Source: Octopus vulgaris
Taxonomy: Eukaryota
Assembly (NCBI GenBank): GCA_951406725.2
Contig: OX597815.1
Span: 207,266,001 to 207,330,000, forward strand
Direction: 5' to 3'
DNA: 64,000 nt
The notes beneath the pieces were generated by a model. It saw nothing but the letters and a program-made list of their open reading frames with translations, ran no database searches and was not told the origin of the DNA. This document shows, in pieces, positions 1-12,455 of this stretch. Within the stretch, counting starts at the first letter, position 1. Every line of letters starts with the position of its first letter. The translations under genes were made by a program, and so were the position numbers.

Positions 1-992
1 GCAGAACATCATGTCTAGTGCGGTACCAATTTCTCCGTCTACATCTCATCAACTAATCCTGATAGTATTTTCTAACATATGTACGAGACTACAAATAAGT
101 GATGATGCGGTGGATTGTATTGATTTCAGTACTTGATGACTATTGCCTGTTTATCGCTTGCTCTTCGGAACGATAAACTGGAGAGTCGATTCTGGCTGGA
201 TTGAAATGTGAACCCAACGATAACCTAGCTAGATATTTCAAACATTTTCCTACAGCATTTTATCATCTCTCACCCAAAGCAAAAGCTAAATAATAAGCAA
301 GTGAATCATAGAATGTCAAACAATCAAGCAGAACGAAAACTAGTACAAGGTGTATCTTCAAGATCAAAAGCTAAACATGAAAAGTAAATACAACTTCCTA
401 CCAATTAATGTTTCGGTATGTTAACAACGACATATAATTTCATTGCATAGTGCGATGTCTTCTTTACATGAAATTTTGTTTTCTTTTCTTATATTCACTG
501 TCACTCTATCCAATTCCTTTATGTGAACAGATAAAGAACCACGCCTTATTATTCGTAGGTTACGTTTCCAGTATTTTCTGTTCATATCTATTTTATGTAG
601 ATATATATCTATGAAACAGCGATTTCGAGGAGCCTCAAATGTAATACTTAGACAACTTTGTATAGAAAGTTTCTCCTTTTAATTTCGCTTCATTTTATTT
701 TATATTCGTCCTATATTTCCTTTTCTCCCCGATTTCCTTATCCATTGTATATATTTGTATGCAGGAATGTACCAATGTACCCTATATATAAATAAGATAA
801 ATGGAAATACGTCTGCGTATGTAATTATACGAAACTTGAATACCCTTATTATGATTTTATTTAAAATCATTTTGGGGGTTTCATGGACACAACTCAAACG
901 ATTCGATATAAGACACCTGAAACTGTTTATATACACTGGTTAAAATTGTGCAGTTTCCATTGAAATTAAACGCAGGAAATACAAATCTCACT

Positions 993-1031
<39 letters not shown>

Positions 1032-1486
1032 ATGTATGTATGTTTACGTACACACACGCGCACACATACATATTAGTAATCTTGTACAAAAATAGTAATT
1101 AGGTTACAGTAGGTACTACTACTGCCAATAAAAGAATTGATATCTGAGTACATTTTTTGAGTAAAACTTACGGAAATTTGAAGGTTCAATGCCTCACTGT
1201 GAGCAGTCATTTCATCCTAGGACCAGTGAAGAATGATCGATTTGTCTAGAAAGCATTTGGCTTATGTTGTGAAGCGGGTTAGTTCCTAATTCGCGGTGTA
1301 TTTGCTTTCATTTGACTATGAAGTTGTTATTTGTGTACTATGTCTATTTGTGTAGGGGATGTGCTTGTGATAGTTTGAACAATTGTAATATTTGGTTGTA
1401 AAAAAAAAACATTTAAGTGAATTCAAGGGGAGATAATCATAATTATTTTGCAATATATATATATTTCAAAATGTGACCGCATGTGT

Positions 1487-1663
1487 ACCGTTGGCGATTT
1501 TTTTTCCTCTTTCTTCCCTTCTCTAGATCTTTCCTTCTATGTTTCCGACGAAGAGCTGCGCTCGAAACGTTAAACCCTCCTTCTTTCCTGAGCGTCCAAT
1601 AATACTATATTTGTTCCACGTCCTCGCGTTGTTGTGTTTTTTTGTGCTTTCTTGTTTGGATTA

Positions 1664-1667
<4 letters not shown>
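1487..1667 (+). mobile_element. Short Penelope-type terminal repeat (pLTR-like) with a degenerate minimal hammerhead
   Basis: GTTT-CCGACGA-A-GAGC-TGC-GCTC-GAAA-CGT-T-AAAC at 1541-1575. The same repeat recurs at 40441-40552 and 63472-63664 and ends in a microsatellite. Confidence 0.65.
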
Positions 1668-1704
<37 letters not shown>

Positions 1705-2656
1705 ACGTTAAACAACCATTTCTTTAGGTTTCATAATAATATACAAATTTCATGTTTAATTAATTTTAAAACATTAAACCTTTGTCACATACACCTATTT
1801 GAAATTATATAGCTGTTTTCAATGTAATGGTTCAATAATTTCCACCTTATAATGTCGGTGATTGTATTGGCAACAACTAATTTTGTCGCATTAGAACTTT
1901 CACTAATTCAATTATGTAAGAATTTAATTAACTAAACGCATTTCTTTATACCTTTTCATTCATCTGTTTACTGCCAAGTTAATTGTTCTATCGGAGTGTC
2001 ACTAATTCTTTTTATCACTTTTCTTATTTGTTTATTTATTTATTTATTTATTTATTTATTTCACATTTTGTTACTCTGACCCAATTATCTTTTTAATTAC
2101 TCGTTTCATATACATCTCATTACTACTTCCTTCTCTCTTACTCTCTCTCTCTCTCTCCTTTCTCTTCTTTCTCTGTCATAATTCTGCGGCCTTGACAGAT
2201 CCCGCTCTTTGTATTTTGAGCCCTAATGGACACTGCTTTCTGTCAGCTTATACCAAAAAGCCAACCGGTGTCGATCTATCCGTAATACATACAACCATAC
2301 CACTTCCTTTGCCTTCCACCATGGCCTTTACATTCCTTCGTTTTTATAATGATTCATCGTTTACTGACCAACCAATAGAAAGACAAATCTTACAATTAAA
2401 CACAAACCTATCCGACTCAAAACGTAGTCACATTCACATGCATCCTCACTCATAAACACACACACACACCCTCATACACACACACACACACACGCACCCT
2501 CACACCCAAACACACACACACACACAGAAGAGTGCATTTTGCACTAAAACCTAATGTGAGAGTCATCAGGGTATTACTGCAGTATAATTTGTTCTAACGG
2601 AACATCCACATTTAAGTGAAGATAGATATTTCCTTCTCAGTATTGATGCTGCCTCT

Positions 2657-3270
2657 GGCGTGGCTATGTGGTAAGAAACTCGCTTCCCAGCAACATGACT
2701 CCGGGTTCAACCTCAGTATGTGGCAACTTGGGCAAGTGTCTTCTACTATAGCTTCGGATCGACCAAAGCCTTGTGAGTGGATTTGGTAGACGGAAACTGA
2801 AAGAAGCCCGTTATGTGTGTGTGTGTCTGTGTGTGTGTGTGTCTGTGTGTGTGTGTGTTTGTATTTGTCCCCTCATCTGCGAGCTGGCAGAAACGTTAGC
2901 ACGCCGGGCGAAATACTTAGCGGTATTTCGTCTGCCGTTACGTTCTGAGTTCAAATTCCGCCGAGGTCGACTTTACCTTTCATTCTTTCGGGGTCGATAA
3001 ATTAAGTACCAATTATACACTGGGGTCGATGTAATCGACTTGATCCGTTTGTCTGTCCTTGTTTGTCCCCTCTGTGTTTAGCCCCTTGTGGATAATAATG
3101 AAATAGGTATTCGTGTGTTTACGTCCCCATACATTAGCGGTTTGACAAAAGAGAACCGATAGAATAAGTACGAGGTTTAGAAAATAAGTCCTGGAGGAGA
3201 TTTGTTCGGCTAAAAACATTCAAGGCAGTGCTCCAGCATAGCCGCAGTCAAATGAGTGAAAACAAATTAA
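2657..3270 (+). mobile_element. SINE family A copy interrupted by a family B SINE (about 2878-3110)
   Basis: tRNA-like head (TGGCTATGTGGT / GGTTCAACCTC), CORE-like CTTGGGCAAGTG and internal (TG)n. The family A body resumes at GTGTGTTTACGTCCCC after the family B segment. Confidence 0.85.
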
Positions 3271-3538
3271 AAAAAAACGTGTGTGTGTATGTGTATTCTC
3301 TTGTGTTTGTGTGTATGTATGTATATAGTCCTGGGTTTGGTAGTTCATAGGAACATATTTAAGCCGCTAAAAATTAAGAACTGAGAAGTTTTATTAGCAA
3401 GAAGAAAACCGACAAAATACATTTTGCTTCATTTGAAGAGATCCCAGTGACTAAAGTAACGGTAAAGAAAAGTCCCTTCATATCCAGATAGGTTGACAGA
3501 AGCTCAGTCATAAAGAACGCCAGAACGATACACGTACC

Positions 3539-4136
3539 TATCTCTTTACTACCCACAAGGGGCTAAACATAGAGGGGACAAACAAGGACAGACATAGGTA
3601 TTAAGTCGATTACATCGACCCCAGTGCGTAACTGATACTTTAATTTAATCGACCCCGAAAGGATGAAAGGTAAAGTCAACCTCGGCGGAATTTGAACTCA
3701 GAACGTAACGGCAGACGAAATACCTATTTCTTTATTACCCACAAGGGGCTAAACACAGAGGGGACAAACAAGGACAGACATAGGTATTACGTCGATTATA
3801 TCGACCCCAGTGCGTAACTGGTACTTAATTTATCGACCCCGAAAGGATGAAAGGTAAAGTCGACCTCGGCGGAATTTGAACTCACAACGTAACGGCAGAC
3901 GAAATACCTATTTCTTTATTACCCACAAGAGGCTAAACACAGAGGGGACAAACAAGGACAGACACAGGTATTACGTCGATTATATCGACCCCAGTGCGTA
4001 ACTGGTACTTAATTTATCGACCCCGAAAGGATGAAAGGTAAAGTCGACCTCGGCGGAATTTGAACTCAGAACGTAACGGCAGACGAAATACCGCTAAGCA
4101 TTTCGCCCGGCGTGCTAACGATTCTGCCAGCTCGCC
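3539..4136 (-). mobile_element. SINE family B trimer (one head plus three ~184-bp units) with target-site duplication
   Basis: GAAATACC recurs at 3717, 3901 and 4085 (184-bp period). Flanks are GATACACGTACC (3527-3538) and GATACACATACC (4137-4148). Confidence 0.9.
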
Positions 4137-4729
4137 GATACACATACCAGTAGGAGCGGGGTGACATTAGGGTAGACGGGTGAATTATGTGCTACTGAGA
4201 GCAGGAGCACTGATGCTTCTAAGAAAAATGGTGATGATATTAGTGATAATGATAAAGTGATGCTGTTGATAGTGCTGTAGTGGGAATGTGTTTCTTCCTC
4301 GTACTGAGATGTAAGTCGTGATAATATCTCCGGCAGTGGTGATTTGTATACTGCAGTACTGGAGGTGGTGGTAACTAGGATGTAGATTTGGATGGTTGCG
4401 ATGATGATGATGTATGTGGTGGAAGTGATGATTCTGGGATGACGATAATGTTGGTAGTCACGGTGCTGGTGGAGTTGACGGTGAAGAAATTTGAGGTCAG
4501 GGTGGAAGGAGAAGATGAGGATGCTGCTACTGCTGATGATGGTGCTTCTGCTGCTGCTGATGATGATGGCAAAGAAGGGAAATATGGTAATATATTATAT
4601 TCTTAATATCTTTATCGCCCAAAGGAGACAGTGGAAGAAGGGAGGTAGGTTGTCTCTGAGGTACCCTTGGACACAGATACACGCACGCGTGCACACATAC
4701 ACACACACATATGTATATACTCAAACCTC

Positions 4730-4758
4730 CATACATATATGCATACATATATACATAC

Positions 4759-4799
<41 letters not shown>

Positions 4800-5028
4800 T
4801 ATAAAGGGGGTTTGTATGATTGTGTATAGAGGGATATATATTATTCAAAGAATATGTGTGTGTGTGTATATATATATATATGCATATGTATATGCATATA
4901 TATATATATATGCATATATATATATGTATATGCATATATATATATGTATATGCATATATATATATATATATATATGTATATGCATTTATATCTATGTATA
5001 TGCATTTATATCTATGTATATGCATATA

Positions 5029-5082
<54 letters not shown>

Positions 5083-5112
5083 TGCATACGATTTGTGTAT
5101 ATATATATATAT
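4730..5112. repeat. Compound (TA)n/(TATG)n microsatellite
   Basis: Directly visible; it produces the spurious Y/I/C-rich ORFs. Confidence 0.95.
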
Positions 5113-5400
5113 AAAACTCATACATTCAAACGTATATGTATATGTACAGGCAGACAAACGGAAATGTTCACATAAACATGAATACAAACATACACACACA
5201 TAAACTATCATGTGTATATATACACGCTTGCAAAACAAACACACCATACACACGCAGGCATATACACAGGCGTACAAACATACGTCACTATATACACTTA
5301 AAAATATCGTACATACACATCTGAAGATATTTGTCTACAAAATGTACAACCGTGCATAGAGAGATATAGACATACCATAATCAGCTTGACGTCACATACG

Positions 5401-5444
<44 letters not shown>

Positions 5445-5800
5445 CGTTGACAAATAGACGCATCCCCGCTTGTACGAGTAATGACACATATTTCCACACA
5501 AGCCCACACGCATGCTCACTCACACACGTACCAACAAACACACGTACGTGCGTAGTTGATCCCTAGATATATTAGTCATTTGCAAAGTATGGTGTGCATC
5601 AGAGTTTCAAAGATATAGCCCATTGCTATCCTTCATTTTTGACCCACCCCAGCCCACCCCCCAAAAATGCCAGAACGTTTGTTTGCGTTATAAAGATAAA
5701 GTTGAAATCAACAATCAGCCGTCACACGAAAACCTGGAATCTTTCAATAGATTACGCCACGGAAGCACATGTGTCTTTAATAGGTATAAAAAAAGAGAAG

Positions 5801-6285
5801 GGTGGCGAGTTGGCAGAAACGTTAGCACGCCGGGTGAAATGCGTAGCCGTATTTCGTCTGCCGTTACGTTCTGAGTTCAAACTCCGCCGAGGTCGACTTT
5901 GGCTTTCATCCTTTCGGGGTTCGATAAATTAAGTACCAGTTACGCACTGGGGTCGATATAATCGACTTAATCCATTTGTCTGTCCTTGTTTGTCCCCTCT
6001 ATGTTTAGCCCCTTGAGGGTAATAAAGAAATAGGTATAAAAAAGAGAAGGGTGGCGAGCTGGCAGAAACGTTAGCACGCCGGGCGAAATGCGTAGCCGTA
6101 TTTCGTCTGCCGTTACGTTCTGAGTTCAAACTCCGCCGAGGTCGACTTTACCTTTCATCCTTTCGGGGTCGACAAATTAAGTACCAGTTACGCACTGGAG
6201 TCGATATAATCGACTTAATACCTATGTCTGTCCTTGTTTGTCCCTTCTGTGTGTAGCCCCTTGTGGGTAGTAAAGAAATAGGTAT
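5801..6285 (+). mobile_element. SINE family B tandem dimer (two full copies)
   Basis: Two GGTGGCGAG...AAAGAAATAGGTAT units. AATAGGTATAAAAA(A)GA occurs before, between and after them. Confidence 0.9.
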
Positions 6286-6574
6286 AAAAAAGAAAATTCT
6301 AGTCGTCTTCCATATTCCACATACATTCAATTAACTATATATAAAGAAAGGAGGAAATTACCCAAGAAAATTACCCAGGCGTGGTTGTGTGGTTAGGAAG
6401 CTTGCTTTGCGACCTCGAGCCTTTGAGTTCAGTCTCACTACACTGCAACTTTAGGGCAAGCGTTTGCTACTATGCTTTGCCCTCTGAGTAAATTGGATAG
6501 ACACAAACTATGCAGAAGCAGAGTTATACATGCACACACACACATATACATATATATATATATATATATGAGTG

Positions 6575-6879
6575 AAGGCGCATGGCTCAGTGGTTAGAGC
6601 GTCGAACTTACGATAGTGATGTTGTGAGCTCGAACCCAGGACCAGGCTACGTGATGTGTTCTTGAGCAAGACACTTTATTTCACGTTGTTCCAGTTCACT
6701 CAGCTGTAGAAATTAATTGCGACGTCACAGGTGCCAAGCTGTATCGGCCCCTTTGCCTTTCCCTTGGATAACACTGGCGGCATGGAGAAGGGAGACCGGT
6801 AGGCATGGGTGACTTGTGTCTGGGAGGGTAACTTTCTTGGTGCAATACCATGGTCTGTGTCGTGACCGAAGGGGGTCTC

Positions 6880-6882
<3 letters not shown>
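6575..6882 (+). mobile_element. SINE family D (tail 4) nested in the microsatellite of an older family A copy (about 6377-7180)
   Basis: tRNA-like head TGGCTCAGTGGTTAGAGC and CTTGAGCAAGACACTTTATTTCACG core. A second copy lies at 56768-57095. Confidence 0.8.
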
Positions 6883-6927
<45 letters not shown>

Positions 6928-8106
6928 GATAGATAGATAGATAGATAGATATGTGCTCGCGTGTGTGTGCAAAGGCGGGTTCGTCTTTTGTGTCTGTATT
7001 TGTCCCTCACAGCCTGTCCAACAGTGCTGGTTTTTGATGCGCAGCGGTCGGGCAAAAAGAAAACGATATAATACGTACCGAACTTAAAATAAATACTAGT
7101 ATCTATCTGATTTGCTAAAACCTTCGAGGCGACGCCTCAGCATGGCCGCAGTCCAATGACTGAAACAGATAAAAGAATAGAATATTTTAAACTCTAAGCC
7201 AATCGTAGGACTATGAATTGCGTCCTTTTGTTTTATACAAAATTACATTTGCAAATACACGTTGACAATTGGATGAAAATATAAAATGCAGCGGCAGAGC
7301 TTATTTGGCTGTATCATCTCGCAGGAAAATAACATTCTGCTTTTTCAACTAGTAACTATGAGATAAAAGGAGAAGAAAACTATATACCATACTTGCTGTA
7401 GAGAAATACATCTATATAAAAGTTTGGATCATTATATGTCACCCTTGTATTATTCATCTCCAGCTCTGAAATTTTGTTCGCTCATTTTCAAATTCCCTTC
7501 TCTAGTTCCGGGGTAATCATAAACTCTTCTTCATAAACTTCAAAATGACCTTATTTTCTTGTTAAACTTTACAAGTGTTTTCTATGTCATTTCTACTATA
7601 GTAACTAACATAGCCTCAGCTGTTATGTTTAGTCTCTGCTTTCTATGCATAGTTTATTTATAGGAGAAGTATTAGCTAGAAATGTCAGACATAAAACACT
7701 TCAACCACCGAACTGCTCTAGAATAGATTTCCATGTGATATTTCAAAAATATATTGGTGGTCATACACTTGCTAAAAGAATTGGGCGTATTCCAAAATAT
7801 CTGTGTCGATACAAACTGCTACTAAATCACTTTCTAATTTGTACGTTGTAGAAATGAAGGAAATTACAGTTTGATTGGTTTAGCGTAAGTTTTCATGAGT
7901 CTAGATCCAAGTAATGATTGTTTCTTTTAAATATCTAAAAAGTATTTTGGTTGCTGCACGTTGTACTTCATTTTATGAATGTGCATATCGAAGAAAAGAA
8001 ATAGAAATATCAGTTTATTACATGTAGATAAATCTTGTGAATATTTTAAGCGAAAATTTGTAATAATAGTACAAAATTTTATGGAGAATAAGATCGTAAA
8101 AATAAA

Positions 8107-8501
8107 TCTTTATATATAAAAGTAAGGTTGTGTGCTGTCTGTCTCCTACGATTTAGATTCCTAACTACTCCGACATTTTGCGGTGCAGTTTAACCAAAAG
8201 CGGGTATCTTATAGTCGTGATTCATATCGAGCTCTTCTGGGTATTAGCGCGCGTCTACGATGAGTCTACGATTTAAAAAAAAAATTACCATAAATTTTTC
8301 CCATTTTTAATGCATTTTTGACATATATAAGGGAAGTAACTCTCTAAAAATTTATTATTAAATCTCAGAACGTAAAAAGCTACAGTAAACCCCACCCTTG
8401 TGGTTAGCCATATTGAGATGGCTATTATACTTTACATCTCTAAAAATGCTTATATAGTTAATTCCCTTACAAACCCGAGCAACGCCGGGCGATAGTGCTA
8501 G
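8107..8501 (+). mobile_element. Non-autonomous Helitron
   Basis: 5' TC, 3' CTAG, inserted between A and T with no TSD, subterminal GC hairpin CCCGAGCAACGCCGGG. Related copies occur elsewhere in the window. Confidence 0.85.
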
Positions 8502-8926
8502 TAAATAATAAAGGAACAGCTGGACATAGAAAGGTGTTACGCTAAACAACCATTATTTATAAAGGAAAACATTTTATACCGATCACGATTTTAGTTTTTA
8601 TGAACTTTAACATTTAAGCGAGTTTCAATGAAGGCAGATTTACAGGTGGTATCTCAAAATTTAATAGTCTTTATAATTTCTGTTATTGTGAAATTCGGTA
8701 ACCAGTGTTTCTGTAATGTGAGACACACCTGCATATAGTGTAAAGGGGGAGTTCGTGAATGCCTGTTTAAATCTCTCTGCTTATGTATCTATCTGTGTGT
8801 ATGCTTATGTACGTTTTAAAAAAGCGTATACATAAATTTTATTCTCGAAATAGAAACGGCTGCATTAGTTACTTTACATTCATTTTGTAATACTTTCGTT
8901 TAAACCATTTCAACATACTATATATC

Positions 8927-9268
8927 TTTTACGTGTTTCAATCATTTGGCTGCGATCATGTTGGGGAACCACCCTCTACGGTTTTAGTCGAACAAATCGA
9001 CATCGGGATTTATTTTTTCAAAAAAGCCTAATACAACACCGGTTGTCAAGCACTGGTGGGGGACAAACACAGAAACAAAGGAACACACACACACACACAC
9101 ATATATATATACGATATCCTTATTTCAATTTCCATCTACTAAATCCACTCACAAGACTTTGATCAGGCCGAGGCTATAGCAGAAGTCGATCGTCCAAGGT
9201 GCTACACAATGCAACTGAACCTGGAACCAGGTGGTTGTGAAGCCGGCTTCTTACTACACAGCCACCAA
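8927..9268 (-). mobile_element. Degenerate SINE family A
   Basis: Reverse-complement match to the family A head, body and tail. Confidence 0.75.
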
Positions 9269-9400
9269 TATATATTTTGGTTTTCACATTTTGACCTCGG
9301 CGGAATTTGAACAATGAAGGTCAACATACCGGTAAGCGGTTTGCCTTGCACGCCAGCGAACCACATTGGCGCGCGCGGACGTGTATATATGTATGTATAT

Positions 9401-9464
9401 ATATTAATTTATATATAGAGGGCATTATATACATATATAATGCCCTCTATATATAAATTAATAT
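9401..9464. repeat. Perfect inverted repeat, 31-bp arms with a 2-nt spacer
   Basis: ATATTAATTTATATATAGAGGGCATTATATA-CA-TATATAATGCCCTCTATATATAAATTAATAT. Confidence 0.9.
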
Positions 9465-9583
9465 GTTCAATAAGAAATAATTATTTTCGAAATTTTTTCT
9501 CTTATGAGGTTCTTACGCTATCTACCTGACAATTTCTTGTTAAGTTTTCCTTATTAAGTAGTTGTCCTTAATTGCTAAATTTG

Positions 9584-9620
<37 letters not shown>

Positions 9621-9622
9621 TA

Positions 9623-9994
9623 TTTTACTTGTTTCAGTCATTTGACTGCGGCCATGCTTCAGCACCGCCTTTAGTCGAGCAAATCGACCCCAGGACTTAT
9701 TCTTTGTAAGCCCAGTACTTATTCTATCGGTCTCTTTTGCCGAACCGCTAAGTGACGGGGACGTAAACACACCAGCATCAGTTGTCAAGCAATGCTAGGG
9801 GGACAAACACAGACACTCAAACACAGACATACATATATATACATATATACGACAGGCTTCTTTCAGTTTCCGTCTACCAAATCCACTCACAAGGCATTGG
9901 TCGGCCCGGGGCTATAGCAGAAGGCACTTGCCCAAGATGCCACGCAGTGGGACAGAACCCGGAACCATGTGGTTGGTTAGCAAGCTACTTACCA
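9623..9994 (-). mobile_element. SINE family A
   Basis: Near-full reverse copy; the 5' end of the head is missing next to the Penelope fragment. Confidence 0.9.
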
Positions 9995-9999
9995 CATAT

Positions 10000-10176
10000 A
10001 TCACATCACCGACGCCTTTACCTGCACTTCTAGTAACGTCATTTACTGCATTTTCAGCTCGTTCTGCCCCTTCCCTGTACATCGGTCAAACAAGACGCCG
10101 CTTGACTGACCGGTTCTTAGAGCACCTCCGAGACATCAGACCCGTCCCAGTCTAGCGCCATTTCCGCTCTATCGGA
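10000..10176 (+). pseudogene. Penelope-like element GIY-YIG endonuclease fragment
   Basis: Reads HITDAFTCTSSNVIYCI..(frameshift)..SLYIGQTRRRLTDRFLEHLRDIR. Homologous to about 17535-17700. Confidence 0.8.
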
Positions 10177-10178
10177 AA

Positions 10179-10235
<57 letters not shown>

Positions 10236-10491
10236 TCTCAAATCCTGGCATATGGCCAGCAATTTCGGGTGGGGGAGGCTAAGTCGATCATATCGACCGC
10301 AGTGTTACACAGATATTTATTTTATTGACACCGAATGGATGAAGGGCAGAGTCAACCCCGGCAGCATTTGAACCTTAAACGTAAAGTCGCATCTCTGTGG
10401 AGTACTCAGCCACTTACACTTTAATTTCACGAGCAGACTGTTTCGTTGATCGGATCAACGGGAACCCTCGTCGCCGCAACCGCCGGAGAGC

Positions 10492-10493
<2 letters not shown>

Positions 10494-10549
<56 letters not shown>

Positions 10550-10747
10550 GTGTGTATGTCTGTCTATCTGTCTATCTATCTATCTACCTATCTATCTATC
10601 CGCCCGTCTGTCTGGTTATGTACCTATCTGCCTACCTAACTACCTACTTGTCTGTCTCTATCTATCAATCCGCCCATCTGTCTGTTTATGTACCTATCTA
10701 TCTATCTATCTATCTATCTATTTGTCTGTCTCTGTTTTTCTATCTAT

Positions 10748-10819
<72 letters not shown>

Positions 10820-10905
10820 CGTCTGTCTATGTACCTACCTACCTACCAACTTACCTACCTGTCTATCTATTTGTCTGTCTCTATCTATCTATCTATCTAT
10901 CTACA
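10494..10905. repeat. Compound (TCTA)n/(TC)n/(TA)n microsatellite
   Basis: Directly visible. Confidence 0.95.
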
Positions 10906-11884
10906 TACGCATACATATAATACATATATTGTTTGTGTGTAAACAATGTGGAAGTTTTCATTTCTTTAAGTAATTTTCTGTATTTTCTTTACAAACAATT
11001 ATTGCTCCCACATTTTCCTAAATACTTTCTAAGACCTACCACACAATACGTTTTCATTTCGTCGTGTTTTTAATCTCTTTTAAAGCATTAAAACTTAACA
11101 TTCGATTGTTGCTATGTATCGCAATCTAATAAATAGAAACAATATAAATCACACACGTGTGTCTGTGTGTGCGTGTCTGTGTGTGTGCGTGTCTGTGTGT
11201 GTGCGTGTCTGTGTGTGCGTGTCTGTGTGTGTGTGCGTGTCTGTGTGCGTGAACTTCGTTAAATCCTAAAGTCAATTTTATCATATCTTACCGAACCGGT
11301 CATGTTTACACTAATAATCTACTGGTTTCTTGCACCCATGTGACAGGACAAGACGTAATTAGAAACACGACCTTATTGTTTAACATACTGACCGTTGATG
11401 TTCCGTGTCAGTTAACGGCAGCCAGCAGTCTGAATCCATAACAACCCTTTCGTAGAACTTATAGCTGCATCGCGTCTCTTCATTTACTTTTGTGCTTTTC
11501 ACTTTTCTTTTCTCTCTCCGTTCTCAGTGTATTTATTTGCCCTTGTTTCGCCTTTGTTACTAAGTTGTCACGAAGAAATGCTGTCAATTAAAATTATATA
11601 ACCCAGAATAACAACTGCAAACTGACAAAATTTAGGCCTAACCTATGTTTTATTTTGATTGTTATAAAAATTTCTGTCTGTATGTCATATCTTAACGTTA
11701 TAAGTGTTTACAAAACTTACCATTATATAAAATATTACATTAAAGTAAAGGAGATACCGTGGGGAGTACTGTGAGACATACTCACATGCGTTCCCCTTTA
11801 ATATACCAATTTCAGACGTTGGTAGTCTGAACTCAAAAAGGAAAAAATAAACTGTCACTCGGTCGGCATGGTGACAAGTTGTTT

Positions 11885-12190
11885 TAGTTGTTCCGATCAC
11901 CGGAACAACCTGATCGTGAAATGAACGTGCAAGTGGTTGAGCACTCCAGAGACACGCGCACTCTTAACGTAATTCTCAGGGAGGTTTAACCTGGCACAGA
12001 ATATGACAAGGGTTGCCCTTTAAATTCCAGGTACAACTCTTATTATTATTATTATTTGCTAGCTGAGTGGACAGAAACAACGTGAAATAAAGTGCTTTGC
12101 GCAAGGAAACAATGCGCCGACAGGAATCGAACTCACGGCCTTAGGATCGAAGCCGAATACCCTAACCACTGAACAATGCGCCCTCACAAC
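11885..12190 (-). mobile_element. Degenerate SINE family D with tail 1
   Basis: Reverse match to 20809-21135. Confidence 0.7.
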
Positions 12191-12242
12191 AACAAAAAAG
12201 AAAAGAAAAATAATAATAACACACACACATAAATACATATTC

Positions 12243-12455
12243 TATTCTACTCTAGGCACAAGGCCCGAAATTTTGGTGGAGGGGGCCAGTCGATTAGATC
12301 GACCCCAAAACGCAACTGGTACTTAATTTATCGACCTCGAAAGGATGAAAGGCAAAGTCGACCTCGGCGGAATTTGAACTCAGAACGTAACGGCTGACGA
12401 AATACCGCTAAGCATTTCGCCCGGCGTGCTAACGTTTCTGCCAGCTCGCTGCCTT
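12243..12455 (-). mobile_element. SINE family B with the alternative tail (B2)
   Basis: Family B head and core, followed by AAAATTTCGGGCCTTGTGCCTAGAGTAGAA on the minus strand. Confidence 0.85.

Noticed and set aside
3374-4606. Ser/Thr-rich and hydrophobic ORFs as a SINE-disrupted membrane-protein gene
   Set aside because: After removing the SINE at its TSD the frames still contain stops. The region is decayed GAT/GCT low-complexity sequence with no recognisable domain.
11388-11421. Hairpin as a pre-miRNA
   Set aside because: Only about 10 bp of pairing, which is too short.
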